A stretch of DNA of 63,683 nt, counting the filler, from Barthelona sp. PAP020 (lineage: Eukaryota): assembly GCA_040182905.1 (NCBI GenBank). It is 12 parts of 12 records of this genome, joined end to end, with 100 filler letters (N's around TTAATTAATTAA, not from the genome) between each part and the next. Parts side by side here need not be neighbours in the genome. Positions count along the whole stretch, not along the records: positions 42,873 to 48,031 come from JARQWU010000623.1; positions 48,132 to 53,254 come from JARQWU010000624.1; 10 more parts are not named here. The stretch is one strand, 5' to 3'. Position numbers and translations under genes: made by a program. Every line of letters begins with the position of its first letter. The first letter of the stretch is position 1. The notes below the pieces were generated by a model. It was not told the origin of the DNA and did no database searches. It saw nothing but the letters and a program-made list of their open reading frames with translations. Of this stretch, positions 43,168-53,354 are shown in pieces.

Positions 43168-43558
43168 ATGTTAGTTCCCAAACAAAATCGTCGTGCTATT
43201 TATGAATATCTCTTTCATAGTATGTTTTTATAACCAATTTTATTTTGCCTAAATTTTTATGATTTTTCATTGACTAATTTTTCTAGATGGTGTTGTCTGT
43301 GTTGAAGAAAAGATCACTATGGCTGAAAATCCTCGCATCAATGTCCCCAATCTTGAAGTTCTTATGATTTTAAAGTCTCTTGAATCCAAGAAATTAGTTC
43401 GTAAAGTTTTCAACTGGAGATTCAGATATTACTTCATTACTGATGCCGGTATTTCTTATATTCGTGAATATTTAGGAATTGATGATAAGGTTGTTCCTAA
43501 TCCCATGATTCCTCAAAGAAAGACTAACAAGCCTCGCACCAGAAGACCTAGAGCTTGA
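43168..43558 (+). CDS. RPS10: 40S ribosomal protein eS10; exons 43168-43219 and 43287-43558
   Basis: Spliced MLVPKQNRRAIYEYLFHNGVVCV...VPNLEVLMILKSLESK...FNWRFRYYFITDAGISYIREYL. Confidence 0.95.
43220..43286 (+). other. 67-nt spliceosomal intron
   Basis: GTATGT...ACTAAT-TTTTC-TAG; removal restores the conserved eS10 N-terminus. Confidence 0.92.
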
Positions 43559-44055
43559 TTGTTATCACAATTTATTTCATAATAAAAGCGATTGATTAAT
43601 ACATTTTGTTTTTTGTTTCACAAATAATAGTAAATTTATCCATATATTTGTTTCCTTTAAAAAAGGAATTGTCACTAGTTTTGGAGTTGTTGTTACTGTA
43701 TAGAACTCTGTCAGTCAAAACCCGGAAAATACACAGAGTTTGATTCCTCTATCATTCAATTATGCTTTTTGCAGAGAATTTGATGATTTTGATGTTTCTA
43801 AATTGGGAAAATTTTGATAGGAAATATAAAACACCTAACTGATAGATTTTTATTTTATTATTTAACAAAGTCTCAAAAATCAAGATAATAAAGAATAAAA
43901 GTTTTAAAAATCACATCATTCTTTTTTGGATCTGATAAGAATCAGATTGTTTTTCAATATTTGTTTCATTATAATATTGATTTTATATTCAATATTGACA
44001 ATTGATTTTATTTCGATATTGTGTTACCGAATTGAGAGTTTTGAAATAGTATTAA

Positions 44056-44661
44056 ATGGGACCAACACCCAGCACGCCCAATGTTGATTCAGATTTGACA
44101 GTTGAAAGAGTAGGTACTATTCCTACAACTTTTAGTTGGAGAGGCGGTGGATATAATGTTTTTCTTGCCGGGTCAATGACTGGTTGGGATAAAGGAAAAA
44201 TCCAATTAAAAAAAACTGATGATCATTTTTCAGTAACGTTATATTTAAAACCAGGAACTTATCAATACAAATATATTGTCGATAATAATTGGTGTTATTT
44301 TGAAGAGGAACCTGTTGCTCGAGATCCATTAGGGAATATCAATAATGTTGTTATTGTATCACCTTTATCCCCTAAAATAGAAAATATACAGTTTGGAACA
44401 AAAATACCTTCAATTAATAATGATACTCCTGTTGATGTGCCAAAACAATTGCATAGAAACGTTTTAAACACTGACAGAATAGATGTAGTTGATCCTGTTT
44501 TGCTACCTTTGCCTCAACATGTGGCTTTAAATCATTTAATTGTTCATCGCAGTAGAAAAGATAAAAAGACCCCAATAGCTTCCACTCATCGTTTTAGAAC
44601 AAAATTTTACACCTTGGTTATGTATTCTGATGTTTCTAAAGATAACAAATACCTTTTGTAG
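44056..44661 (+). CDS. AMPK/SNF1 beta subunit
   Basis: MG start, CBM48 (PTTFSWRGGGYNVFLAGS...GTYQYKYIVD), ASC domain (LPLPQHVALNHL...THRFRTKFYTLVMY). Confidence 0.92.
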   Translation: MGPTPSTPNVDSDLTVERVGTIPTTFSWRGGGYNVFLAGSMTGWDKGKIQLKKTDDHFSVTLYLKPGTYQYKYIVDNNWCYFEEEPVARDPLGNINNVVIVSPLSPKIENIQFGTKIPSINNDTPVDVPKQLHRNVLNTDRIDVVDPVLLPLPQHVALNHLIVHRSRKDKKTPIASTHRFRTKFYTLVMYSDVSKDNKYLL

Positions 44662-44789
44662 TCTAAACCAAAATTCGAAACTGAATTTTGATTCAATAAA
44701 AAAAATCCTTTTTATTTGTTATGTCTGATCAATCACGAAAAAAAAAAAATTGAAAAATTGATTGAACTCACATCTTTAATCTATCGATT

Positions 44790-45956
44790 ATGATCATTAA
44801 CCATTTCAAAGAACTTCCAGGTGGTGTGTTGTTGTATCTTGATCCAGAATTTAAACAAAGACCCCAATTCATTGGTTTTGATTTAGATTGTACATTAATC
44901 CGCAAAAAGGGAGGGAGTTACGTTATGGCATTTGATAATATTGTTTCTACAATTGAAAATATCTACAATAAAGGAATGGGTATTACAATTATGTCGAACC
45001 AAAAAAATCAAACTATTGATTCGTTAATTGAAAAAGTGAGATTTTTAAAGATGCATATTCAAACCCCTTTTGTTGTTTTTTTTGCTCGGGAAGACAATTT
45101 TTTTCGAAAACCTTTGGTGGGTATGTTTAATTATCTTGAAAAGGTGAACAGGAAACCGATAGCCCCTGCAAATTTCTTCTATGTTGGTGATGCAGCAGGA
45201 AGGAAGCATGTTTATGGAAGGAAAGATGATTTTGCTGCCAGTGATCGACATTTTGCTGAAAATATTGGTTGTAATTTTTGCACCCCTGAGATGCTTTTCG
45301 TTGGAGGAGAGGTAATTCAAAAGGAAAATGAATATTTGGATAATGCTCGTGATAATGAAAACACTCCCTCAAATCGATTTGCTCATTGTGAAAACAAATT
45401 GGCTGAAAATTCATGGATCGATTTTCTTTTACAAGATATTGATTCCAACAATTGTCAATGGGTTATTATAGCTGTTGGACCTCCATGTTCTTGCAAATCT
45501 ACTTTTTTCAAAAAATATTTGAAAGAACGGAATTTTAGGAGAGTTAATCGTGACACTGAAAAAAAAATGAGCAAATGTGTTAATTTAATGATTGAAGAAA
45601 TTGAACAAGGAAACAGTGTGTATATTGACAACACTAATCCGTCTTTTGAGAGCAGATATAATTTTTTAAAACATGTTGATGAAAAAATAAGAACTATTTG
45701 CATTGAGTTTGAAATGCCAATTGAATTGATCAAACACATGGATAAAATCAGAGCTATTAAAGCCCAATACCCATTTAATAATTTGGGAAGTGATGTTATT
45801 TTAAGGAAACCTTTGCCTGATGTTGCGTGGAGAAGTTATTTTAATAATTATGAAGAACCTAATGAAAACGAATTCAATTGCATTTATCACTTTTCATTTT
45901 CACCTGAATTTGAAACAGAAAATGACAGAAAACTTGCTGAAATGTGGACTGTTTAG
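44790..45956 (+). CDS. PNKP: Polynucleotide kinase 3'-phosphatase (no FHA domain)
   Basis: FDLDCTLI, SNQ, FRKP, YVGDAAGR, P-loop GPPCSCKST, IDNTNP. Confidence 0.92.
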   Translation: MIINHFKELPGGVLLYLDPEFKQRPQFIGFDLDCTLIRKKGGSYVMAFDNIVSTIENIYNKGMGITIMSNQKNQTIDSLIEKVRFLKMHIQTPFVVFFAREDNFFRKPLVGMFNYLEKVNRKPIAPANFFYVGDAAGRKHVYGRKDDFAASDRHFAENIGCNFCTPEMLFVGGEVIQKENEYLDNARDNENTPSNRFAHCENKLAENSWIDFLLQDIDSNNCQWVIIAVGPPCSCKSTFFKKYLKERNFRRVNRDTEKKMSKCVNLMIEEIEQGNSVYIDNTNPSFESRYNFLKHVDEKIRTICIEFEMPIELIKHMDKIRAIKAQYPFNNLGSDVILRKPLPDVAWRSYFNNYEEPNENEFNCIYHFSFSPEFETENDRKLAEMWTV

Positions 45957-46343
45957 TTATTTTAACCAGACTATTTCGTTATTCTTTTGACTTTTGAGTT
46001 ATTTTGAAGCAGAAATTTCTTTCAAATAATAAAAATGGACTTATAAAGTCTGAATGAAAACAGATCATAAAAATAGCCAAACGACAACATAATTATAACC
46101 TTCAGGATTGATTGTTAATTGTGTTAGTTGATGCTTTATGAAGCAGATACACCATTTTCATAACGTGTGAAATAAAGGCACAAAACTGAGAGGGCTTGTT
46201 AGGGAAGTTCATTTTTCTGTTGAATATAGATTAAGCTTTGTTATTTTATCAACAACCTGATACTCTCAATATTAGAAAAATAAATAAAACAATTTACAAA
46301 ATTGTACAATGAGGCCATAATATAAAGTTAAATATTATTAAAT

Positions 46344-46871
46344 CTATTTTATTGTTTTTCGCTTTAAAGGAGTGACATAAGGGCTATTGTTCAAAATCTC
46401 CTCTGAATTAACAACTTTTTCCTTTAATTCACCTTCCAAATAATGAATTCGTCGACTGGAATACAATAAAGAAGCATTTTTTGCATTAATAAGCTTATTC
46501 AACTTTTCGTTTTCAAATTTTAATTCAGATGTCTCGTTTTGAAGTTCAGCAACTTTTGATTCCAAAAGTTTTACTCTATTTCTCATATTTTCTCTGTTTT
46601 CAATTTCTTTTGATAAATGTGCGTTCTTTTTCAACAATTCATCTATCAAAACTGTGGCCGCTTTTGATGCATTTACAGCCTTTTGATAATTTGAATGACT
46701 AGATACAGTTATGTATTCTTCAATTTGATCAGTAGATAATTGTCTTGCAAGCAAAGAATAACCATTATTCAACTTCTCATATTCACATTTTAAAATTTCG
46801 ACAAACTCACCTGAATCATCTTCTTTTGATGTTTCTGTTCTTTTTTGTTCAATATCTTCAGATAAATTCAT
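46344..46871 (-). CDS. Small coiled-coil protein
   Basis: 175-aa ORF with a heptad pattern. Confidence 0.65.
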   Translation of the reverse strand: MNLSEDIEQKRTETSKEDDSGEFVEILKCEYEKLNNGYSLLARQLSTDQIEEYITVSSHSNYQKAVNASKAATVLIDELLKKNAHLSKEIENRENMRNRVKLLESKVAELQNETSELKFENEKLNKLINAKNASLLYSSRRIHYLEGELKEKVVNSEEILNNSPYVTPLKRKTIK

Positions 46872-47086
46872 AACAAGGAATTCAAGAAATTTTTATTCAA
46901 TTATATTTATTTGATTTGAATTTGAGTTATTTCATTAAAAAATTGAATAAACACAAATAACAACAAAAATTGAGAGAGAAGAAATTGAACGAAATTTTGG
47001 TCAGTGCTGAAAAGGTTTGGTCAATTTTTTTTTCATCTTTTTCCTTCCTAAAATGGTTGGCTGAGCTTACCAAATTGAAGTTGAAT

Positions 47087-47647
47087 ATGGATATTATATT
47101 TGGAAAAATGATGAATGTGTTTGAATATCATGTTAAAAAAGAAATTGAAGGTCCGATTTTATGTAATACAAATTTTTGTGCAGATGATTCCTCAGGATTT
47201 AATTCCAATAATCCTTTTTCTTCACTTTCCGTACCCTCGTTAGGAGTACAAGCCTATATGCTTAGAATACAAAAATATGCAAACTGCAGTCCATCTGCTT
47301 TGATAGGAGCTGGAATATATTTGGATCGTATTATCACTTTGAATCCTGATATGCTTATTAGTATTCATTCTTTTCATCGTTTGTTTTTAACCGCTGTTGT
47401 GCTTGCAGCTAAATATTTTGATGATAAATTTTTTACCAATCGTTATTATTCACGAGTTGGTGGGGTAAAAATGGCTGAATTAAACAAATTAGAAATTGAA
47501 TTTTTATTCAAATTAAAATTTACCTTACAAATTTCGACAGAAGAATTTGAAGATTATTGTCGAATGGTGGATGAAATGCATTATAACATACATTTTAATC
47601 CATTGGATGATATAGAAAATCCCAAACCTATTCTTGTTGATTCATAA
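47087..47647 (+). CDS. PHO80/cyclin-U family cyclin
   Basis: YMLRIQKYANCS, HRLFLTAVVLAAKYFDD, NRYYSRVGGV, ELNKLEIEFL. Confidence 0.92.
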   Translation: MDIIFGKMMNVFEYHVKKEIEGPILCNTNFCADDSSGFNSNNPFSSLSVPSLGVQAYMLRIQKYANCSPSALIGAGIYLDRIITLNPDMLISIHSFHRLFLTAVVLAAKYFDDKFFTNRYYSRVGGVKMAELNKLEIEFLFKLKFTLQISTEEFEDYCRMVDEMHYNIHFNPLDDIENPKPILVDS

Positions 47648-47909
47648 ATTCGTATTTGACTTCTTTTTATGTGTGAATTTTGAGTCAGTATTCTGTTGAC
47701 AGTTGTTGAGGAAATCTGTAAAAAAAATTTTTTTGTTTTTTTTTGGGGGGTTTGGTGTTTTGGTGAAAAAATGGCTGCAAAAGAAATCATATGTTTTCAC
47801 TTCCTTTTACTATTAAAGATCAAAATTCTTTTGTTGAAATGTGCCATCCTCACAAAAAGGAAAAAAAAAAAGCCTATGTGTATTTACAACGATAACGGGT
47901 ACCAAATGT

Positions 47910-48031
47910 TTAAATTTTGCCTAATTTAGCTCTTCTCAAAGCCAATTGGTCCTCCAATTCTCCCATGAAAATGGCATCCAAAAATCCAGATTGATTCTTC
48001 AAATTTCCTGCACCAATTTTTCTTAATTTTT
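47910..48031 (-). CDS. 3' end of an unknown gene (5'-truncated)
   Basis: KLRKIGAGNLKNQSGFLDAIFMGELEDQLALRRAKLGKI*. Confidence 0.5.
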
Positions 48032-48131
48032 NNNNNNNNNNNNNNNNNNNNNNNNNNNNNNNNNNNNNNNNNNNNTTAATTAATTAANNNNNNNNNNNNN
48101 NNNNNNNNNNNNNNNNNNNNNNNNNNNNNNN

Positions 48132-48272
48132 CACCTTGACATAGTTAAACTTCTATTAGATCATGGGGCCAATGTAAATCTCAAATTTCAACAAAAATGG
48201 ACACCAATGGATATTGCCACAGACGAAGGTCATTCCAAAATTGTACAAATTCTCCAGCCCTTCTACAATTGA
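48132..48272 (+). CDS. Ankyrin repeat protein C-terminus (5'-truncated)
   Basis: HLDIVKLLLDHGANVNLKFQQKWTPMDIATDEGHSKIVQIL...TGA. Not in the ORF track. Confidence 0.85.
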   Translation, partial: HLDIVKLLLDHGANVNLKFQQKWTPMDIATDEGHSKIVQILQPFYN

Positions 48273-48774
48273 TTCAATGCTTTTACCTTTTAACTGACTT
48301 GACTTCACAAAACACAATCCTATCGATAAACTATCACACAACAATGATACTTGAAAAGACCGAACTTTATATCACAACTTTCGATTCACATTTTAAATTT
48401 GAAGTATTTGGATCAAAGTGTAACCCACGTTTTATAAACCCTCCAATTTTGTTATTGATAATCAAACAGTGAACTTTTGAAGTGAGCTTAGTTTCTCTTT
48501 GGTATATCAACCCAAGTGAAATCTCTATTATTTCTTCGTGCTTACTGTGGTTGAATCTAATCCACAATTGGTTAGGTTGGGTTGAGTAGTGGTGAGATTT
48601 CCATTGATAAATATTTTCACAATTCTTGTTGCCTCCAATCAAAGGCAGTAACTTATGGGTGAATCAAGAATGAGTGCTGTTTAACTTTTGGCTTTTGAAG
48701 TTCAACAGATATTCTTGAACTGTATATCAATCTAAAGAATGTTAGAACCTTTGATTCACGATTAAGAAGGGTTA

Positions 48775-48915
48775 AGTGTATGAATGAAAAAAAATAAAAA
48801 CGGTGTTCATTTGGTTAAAAACTATTAAGGTCTGATTAATCTTTTAAAACTAATAATTTTTCAAATATGAAAGTTGACACTTTAAAAATTTGCTTTTGCT
48901 AAATACAAAAAACAG
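48775..48915 (+). repeat. Repeat family, degenerate 5' part
   Basis: GTGTATGAATGAA...GGTGTTCATTTGGTTAAA...TTTGCTTTTGCTAAATACAAAAAA. Confidence 0.6.
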
Positions 48916-49148
48916 AGGATAGAAAAGCATTTTAAAATAACAAATCCAAACCGAAAATGATATATTTAAATCCTCACAAGAGGAGAATTGAAAGAAAAAA
49001 ATTAAATAAATAAAAATTTAATAAAATAAATTTAATCTAAAAAAAGGACGATTAAAAGAAAAAAACGAATAAAAATATTTTTATTCGATTTTTGACAGTT
49101 ATTAATCAATGAAAAGAAAACAATTTTGACATTGAAATGTGTGAAGAA

Positions 49149-49465
49149 TTGATCCCGTTGTGAAACAACCGTACTCTTTCACAAAGAAAGGAAACACAGA
49201 AAACTCATCATAGCAAATTTCAGTCAAGATCCAGGAGGGGAATTGAGGGACTGAAATGTAATTGGAACGATAAAGAAGGAGAATTTCGGAGAAATTCTTC
49301 ATTCCCATTTTTTTGTATTTTTACAAAAGCAAAATTTTAAAGTTTGAACTATACTTTAGAAAATCGAAAGTTTTTCAACAGATCAATCACGCCTCGAAAG
49401 TATTTAACCAAATAAACACAATTCTCTTTGTTCACTCATACGCACAGTGCTTCTTGGCTTGGAAA
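49149..49465 (-). repeat. Repeat family, full-length copy
   Basis: Reverse complement aligns end to end with 24123-24441. Confidence 0.9.
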
Positions 49466-49860
49466 CAATATCTTTGGAGAGAAGAATAAAAAGCACCTCT
49501 GAAAATTTCAACCAAAAGTTATGAACGACTGAAGTTCCATTTCTTTGATTGTCAAAATTTGGAAAACATTCTGCATCAAATGTTAAGAAAATTGTTTGAC
49601 TTGGCAGACGTTTCACCCTTTTCTTTTGAAATGACAAACACTAAAATATTTATAAAAAATCAAACCATTTAAAAATGGTGCATAAATGGTTCATAATATG
49701 CGATAAAATATGAATGAATAACTAGTTATCACTTCTTGAATCAAAATATCACCTTTTGAAAATTTCCTGAAAATCTCAATCATTTCATGTAACCCTATTT
49801 TAAGCATCCTGCATAAATCAAACACAGCCAAAATGCAAAATGTGAAAATGACATCACAAT

Positions 49861-51906
49861 TCAACTGTTCATTAACTTCAATAAAATTGGCTGAAAATGT
49901 TCAAAATGAATATTATTCATTCCTTTTGTGTTATCGATAATATTAATAAATGTACTAAAGGTCAATTTGTGAAAAGTAAAATTACTCAAATAATCCAAAA
50001 ATTGAATTTTGAAATCATCCAAATCATTTTCTTCATTCTCAAAGATGGATATCAATATTGTAATGACAACATCTTCCTCAAACACATTAGCATTACACAA
50101 CTCAAAGAAACAATCAAAACACTTGTTTTCAATCAAATAATTTGCACAATCAATAAAATAATTTAATCGTACATATAATCCAGCAATTGAAAAATGTTGA
50201 TAACAATTACAATCTGCTTTATCCCCTCCAACTATCGATAAAGCTTGATAATATGTTAATTTTGGATCTTGTTCCTTTCTTGATTTAATATAGGAATCCA
50301 AAAGGGGTAAAAATAATTGGGAATGATTTTGAAAAATATGCAAAAAAATTAGGTCAATCGTCAATAAATTTTCAATTTGGTGAAGACTTGATTTCATACT
50401 CTTTAAAGTCTCATTATTTTGAACTGTAAGTGAACTATCATTTTCGCTTAACTTTGAAATGCCGGCAGCTTGCGGCCAACTATAGATATATTCCAAATTC
50501 CAATCAACTTGGGGTTCAAAAACAAACGAAAAAGAAAAAAAATCATCTTCCAACATTTTTGGAAAATACTCCAAAGGATTGGGAATGATGTCTTCAATTG
50601 AATTGTTTTGTTTCAAATGTTCAACTGTCAAATCCACATAATTAGAATATTTTTTTAAAACTCCACAAGACTCATCAAATAAAGAAACCAATTTTCTCAA
50701 TAACAATGGTATTCGCGTAAACCCTTCTGTCTCAAAAAAATTTAACAACGTAAATATCTCCTTCTTTGATAATGTTTCTTTCTTAATTTTAAAAAATTCC
50801 AAAATGCAACCAATTTGTTCAGATTTATCTTTAGCAAGGTCTTTCGCTAAAACCAAAGCTTCATCAACAGATAACTTGTCTCCAACAACATTAACGATTT
50901 TATTCAATTGGTAATTCAAAGCAAAAACTCCAGAAGTCAACAAAACTACATCACGATGCACATCAATCAATTGATTAGCAAAATCAAACGTTTTCAGATG
51001 GTGCAAATTAATTTTATTTTGTGATTCATCTGCAAATATAAGATACAATTCAACAGTGTTAGAATTATTCAACCAAACCTTTGAAGTATCAAAATCACAT
51101 ATTTCCCAAACCTCTCCCAATTCAATTTCTCCAAGAAACTTGGGTGCAATGTTCAATATAAATAATTTTAACTTTGAATTTGATTGAACCAACAAAAGTT
51201 TGGATTTCTTACAATAACTGAAGGATTTTACATTTGATGTCAAAAAAAAAGCCCTAGTGTAATACAAAATGCACAGATCATCATTTTCTAACACAGTCAA
51301 TATACACTCACCACAATTTTTCACCATTTTTGATTTAACTTTTAATTCTAAAGTTATGGGCGCTTCATTTTCATTCAAAGTATACAAATATTGAGAAGAT
51401 TGTGAAATTAAAACAGTCAAATTTGTTAAAAAATTGTGTTTTAACACTTTCAAATCATTTAACAAATTCAAATTAGAACTAAACTGTTCAATCCAATTAA
51501 AATTCTGAAACTCAAAAGATTTGCATTGCCCTTGATGTGATATAAATTGTAAAACTTGTGTATTTTGATAATAATAATATTCAAAATTATTTTGAAATTC
51601 TAAACATAATATTGAATGCTGTTTGCAAAATTCCTGAACAGCTTCAAAATTTTGAATCAAAACTGATTTATAAAAATTTTCTTCTTCAGTGGTTGATAAT
51701 ACCAAATGAATTGGTACAAAATCTAATACAAATAAATAATAAGAAGTTGAATTAATATTCGAAATACATTTTAAAAAAATATGGTCCAACGTAAAATGAC
51801 ACTCATTGACTTTAAACAAAGAATTGGGATGAAAAGCACTTTCTAGAAATCTTCGACCACGTAAATTTCTATAATAACTACCAATCGATCTAAGAACAAC
51901 AGTCAT
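49861..51906 (-). CDS. Unknown ~680-aa protein (beta-rich N-half, helical C-half)
   Basis: Long ORF; first ATG at 51906. Confidence 0.7.
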   Translation of the reverse strand: MTVVLRSIGSYYRNLRGRRFLESAFHPNSLFKVNECHFTLDHIFLKCISNINSTSYYLFVLDFVPIHLVLSTTEEENFYKSVLIQNFEAVQEFCKQHSILCLEFQNNFEYYYYQNTQVLQFISHQGQCKSFEFQNFNWIEQFSSNLNLLNDLKVLKHNFLTNLTVLISQSSQYLYTLNENEAPITLELKVKSKMVKNCGECILTVLENDDLCILYYTRAFFLTSNVKSFSYCKKSKLLLVQSNSKLKLFILNIAPKFLGEIELGEVWEICDFDTSKVWLNNSNTVELYLIFADESQNKINLHHLKTFDFANQLIDVHRDVVLLTSGVFALNYQLNKIVNVVGDKLSVDEALVLAKDLAKDKSEQIGCILEFFKIKKETLSKKEIFTLLNFFETEGFTRIPLLLRKLVSLFDESCGVLKKYSNYVDLTVEHLKQNNSIEDIIPNPLEYFPKMLEDDFFSFSFVFEPQVDWNLEYIYSWPQAAGISKLSENDSSLTVQNNETLKSMKSSLHQIENLLTIDLIFLHIFQNHSQLFLPLLDSYIKSRKEQDPKLTYYQALSIVGGDKADCNCYQHFSIAGLYVRLNYFIDCANYLIENKCFDCFFELCNANVFEEDVVITILISIFENEENDLDDFKIQFLDYLSNFTFHKLTFSTFINIIDNTKGMNNIHFEHFQPILLKLMNS

Positions 51907-52272
51907 CAAAAGAAAAAAAACCAATTCACAAATAGTCCATAAACAATTTCTGTGTATTATTACAAACACTATAACTGATTTATAAAAACTAATATATGGG
52001 AAAAGTAACATTTAATTTAAGGATTCTCTTTTGATGGCAATTAAGTTGAACTTTCATAACATAAAAGTACAGTATAAATGACTCAAATCGATAAAAAAGA
52101 TTTTATCTTTGAAAAAGAAACTACTTCACAAAACCAACACAAAAAAGTAACATTTCGAAACTGTAATTTGTAACAATATTAACAAACAAACAATTTAATC
52201 CAGAAATTTATAATGAATTAATAAAAATGGAAAAGCGGGAAAATGGAACAATTCTTTTTTCTGTAACACATA

Positions 52273-52794
52273 ATGTCCTATAATTTTAAAACTTCTGGGT
52301 TTTCTTTAACACCAAAACCAAGATCAAGAAAAGCGAAAAGAAATGAAATTTCGGAAGAACAAAAAAATGAAATTAAAGATGCTTTTGAACTATTTGATAT
52401 TGACAAAACTGGCTCAATTGGATATCATGAATTAAAAGTCGCAATGAAGGCTCTTGGTTTAGATGCAAAGAGAGCTGAAGTTGTCAGAATTATTGAAGAA
52501 TATGACAGAGATGGATCAAGCACCATAAACTTACAAGATTTTACCGAAGTCATGTCTCAAAAAATAGCAGAAAGAGACCCCAGAGAATTTATGATGACTG
52601 CATTTAATCTCTTTGATCAAGATGGAACTGGAGCTATTTCTCTCAGTAACTTACGTCATGTCGCACGTGAATTGGGACACAATATTCCTGATGAAGAATT
52701 ACAAGCAATGATTGATGAATTTGATAAGGATGAAGATGGTGTAATTAATGAGGATGAATTTTTCAGAATCATGGAGATGTCCAATTCCTATTGA
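52273..52794 (+). CDS. CETN3: Centrin, centrin-3/Cdc31 type
   Basis: Four EF-hands; YHELKVAM and DEELQAMIDEFDKDEDG. Confidence 0.88.
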   Translation: MSYNFKTSGFSLTPKPRSRKAKRNEISEEQKNEIKDAFELFDIDKTGSIGYHELKVAMKALGLDAKRAEVVRIIEEYDRDGSSTINLQDFTEVMSQKIAERDPREFMMTAFNLFDQDGTGAISLSNLRHVARELGHNIPDEELQAMIDEFDKDEDGVINEDEFFRIMEMSNSY

Positions 52795-52938
52795 TCACAT
52801 AAAAAATATTGTTTAGCTTTTTTTTTACAATTTTATTCACAAAGCTTCATTTTCAAGTATTTTGATGAAGTGCAAAAGTGTGTTAGATAATTGAATTCAA
52901 CAGCATTCCGACAAAGAAATCAGAAATTTGCTGGGGAT

Positions 52939-53254
52939 TTACCAATAGAAAGATTGTCGTGTGTTAGGCGTGTCTGAAGGATTTTGATTTGCAATATTAT
53001 TGCGATTCTTTTGATTCTTACTGTTATTGAGATTCATTTGCATTTTTTGTAGCTCTTCAAATTCATTCTCTCTCAATCTCATTGATTCAGATTTTTTATT
53101 TCTTGTTTCAACTGGCCTTTTGGATACATTTCTTTCTTGAATAGGTCTCACTTTTCCATTTTTAGATTCACGGAGGCGTTGTTGGTATCCTTTTTCGTAA
53201 ATAGCCATTTCTTCTTCCATAGTTAACTTTCGTTGGGGTAATTCATTGTGATAA
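52939..53254 (-). CDS. 3' end of an unknown gene (5'-truncated)
   Basis: Frame open to the contig end. Confidence 0.6.
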
Positions 53255-53354
53255 NNNNNNNNNNNNNNNNNNNNNNNNNNNNNNNNNNNNNNNNNNNNTT
53301 AATTAATTAANNNNNNNNNNNNNNNNNNNNNNNNNNNNNNNNNNNNNNNNNNNN

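Noticed and set aside
46120..46270. Possible H/ACA snoRNA after PNKP (and hairpins at ~43707-43780)
   Set aside because: Stems are short and AT/GU-rich and the boxes are too common to support a call.
48280..48760. ORFs 48197-48472 and 48367-48642 as genes
   Set aside because: No recognisable motifs; the real frame here is the ankyrin end 48132-48272, and the rest may be decayed sequence.
8086..49465. Repeat family as a CRISPR array
   Set aside because: Dispersed, in both orientations, with no repeat-spacer periodicity, no cas genes and a eukaryotic context.
49102..49637. ORFs 49102-49308 and 49404-49637
   Set aside because: They lie in or overlap the non-coding repeat copy; other copies do not keep the frames.
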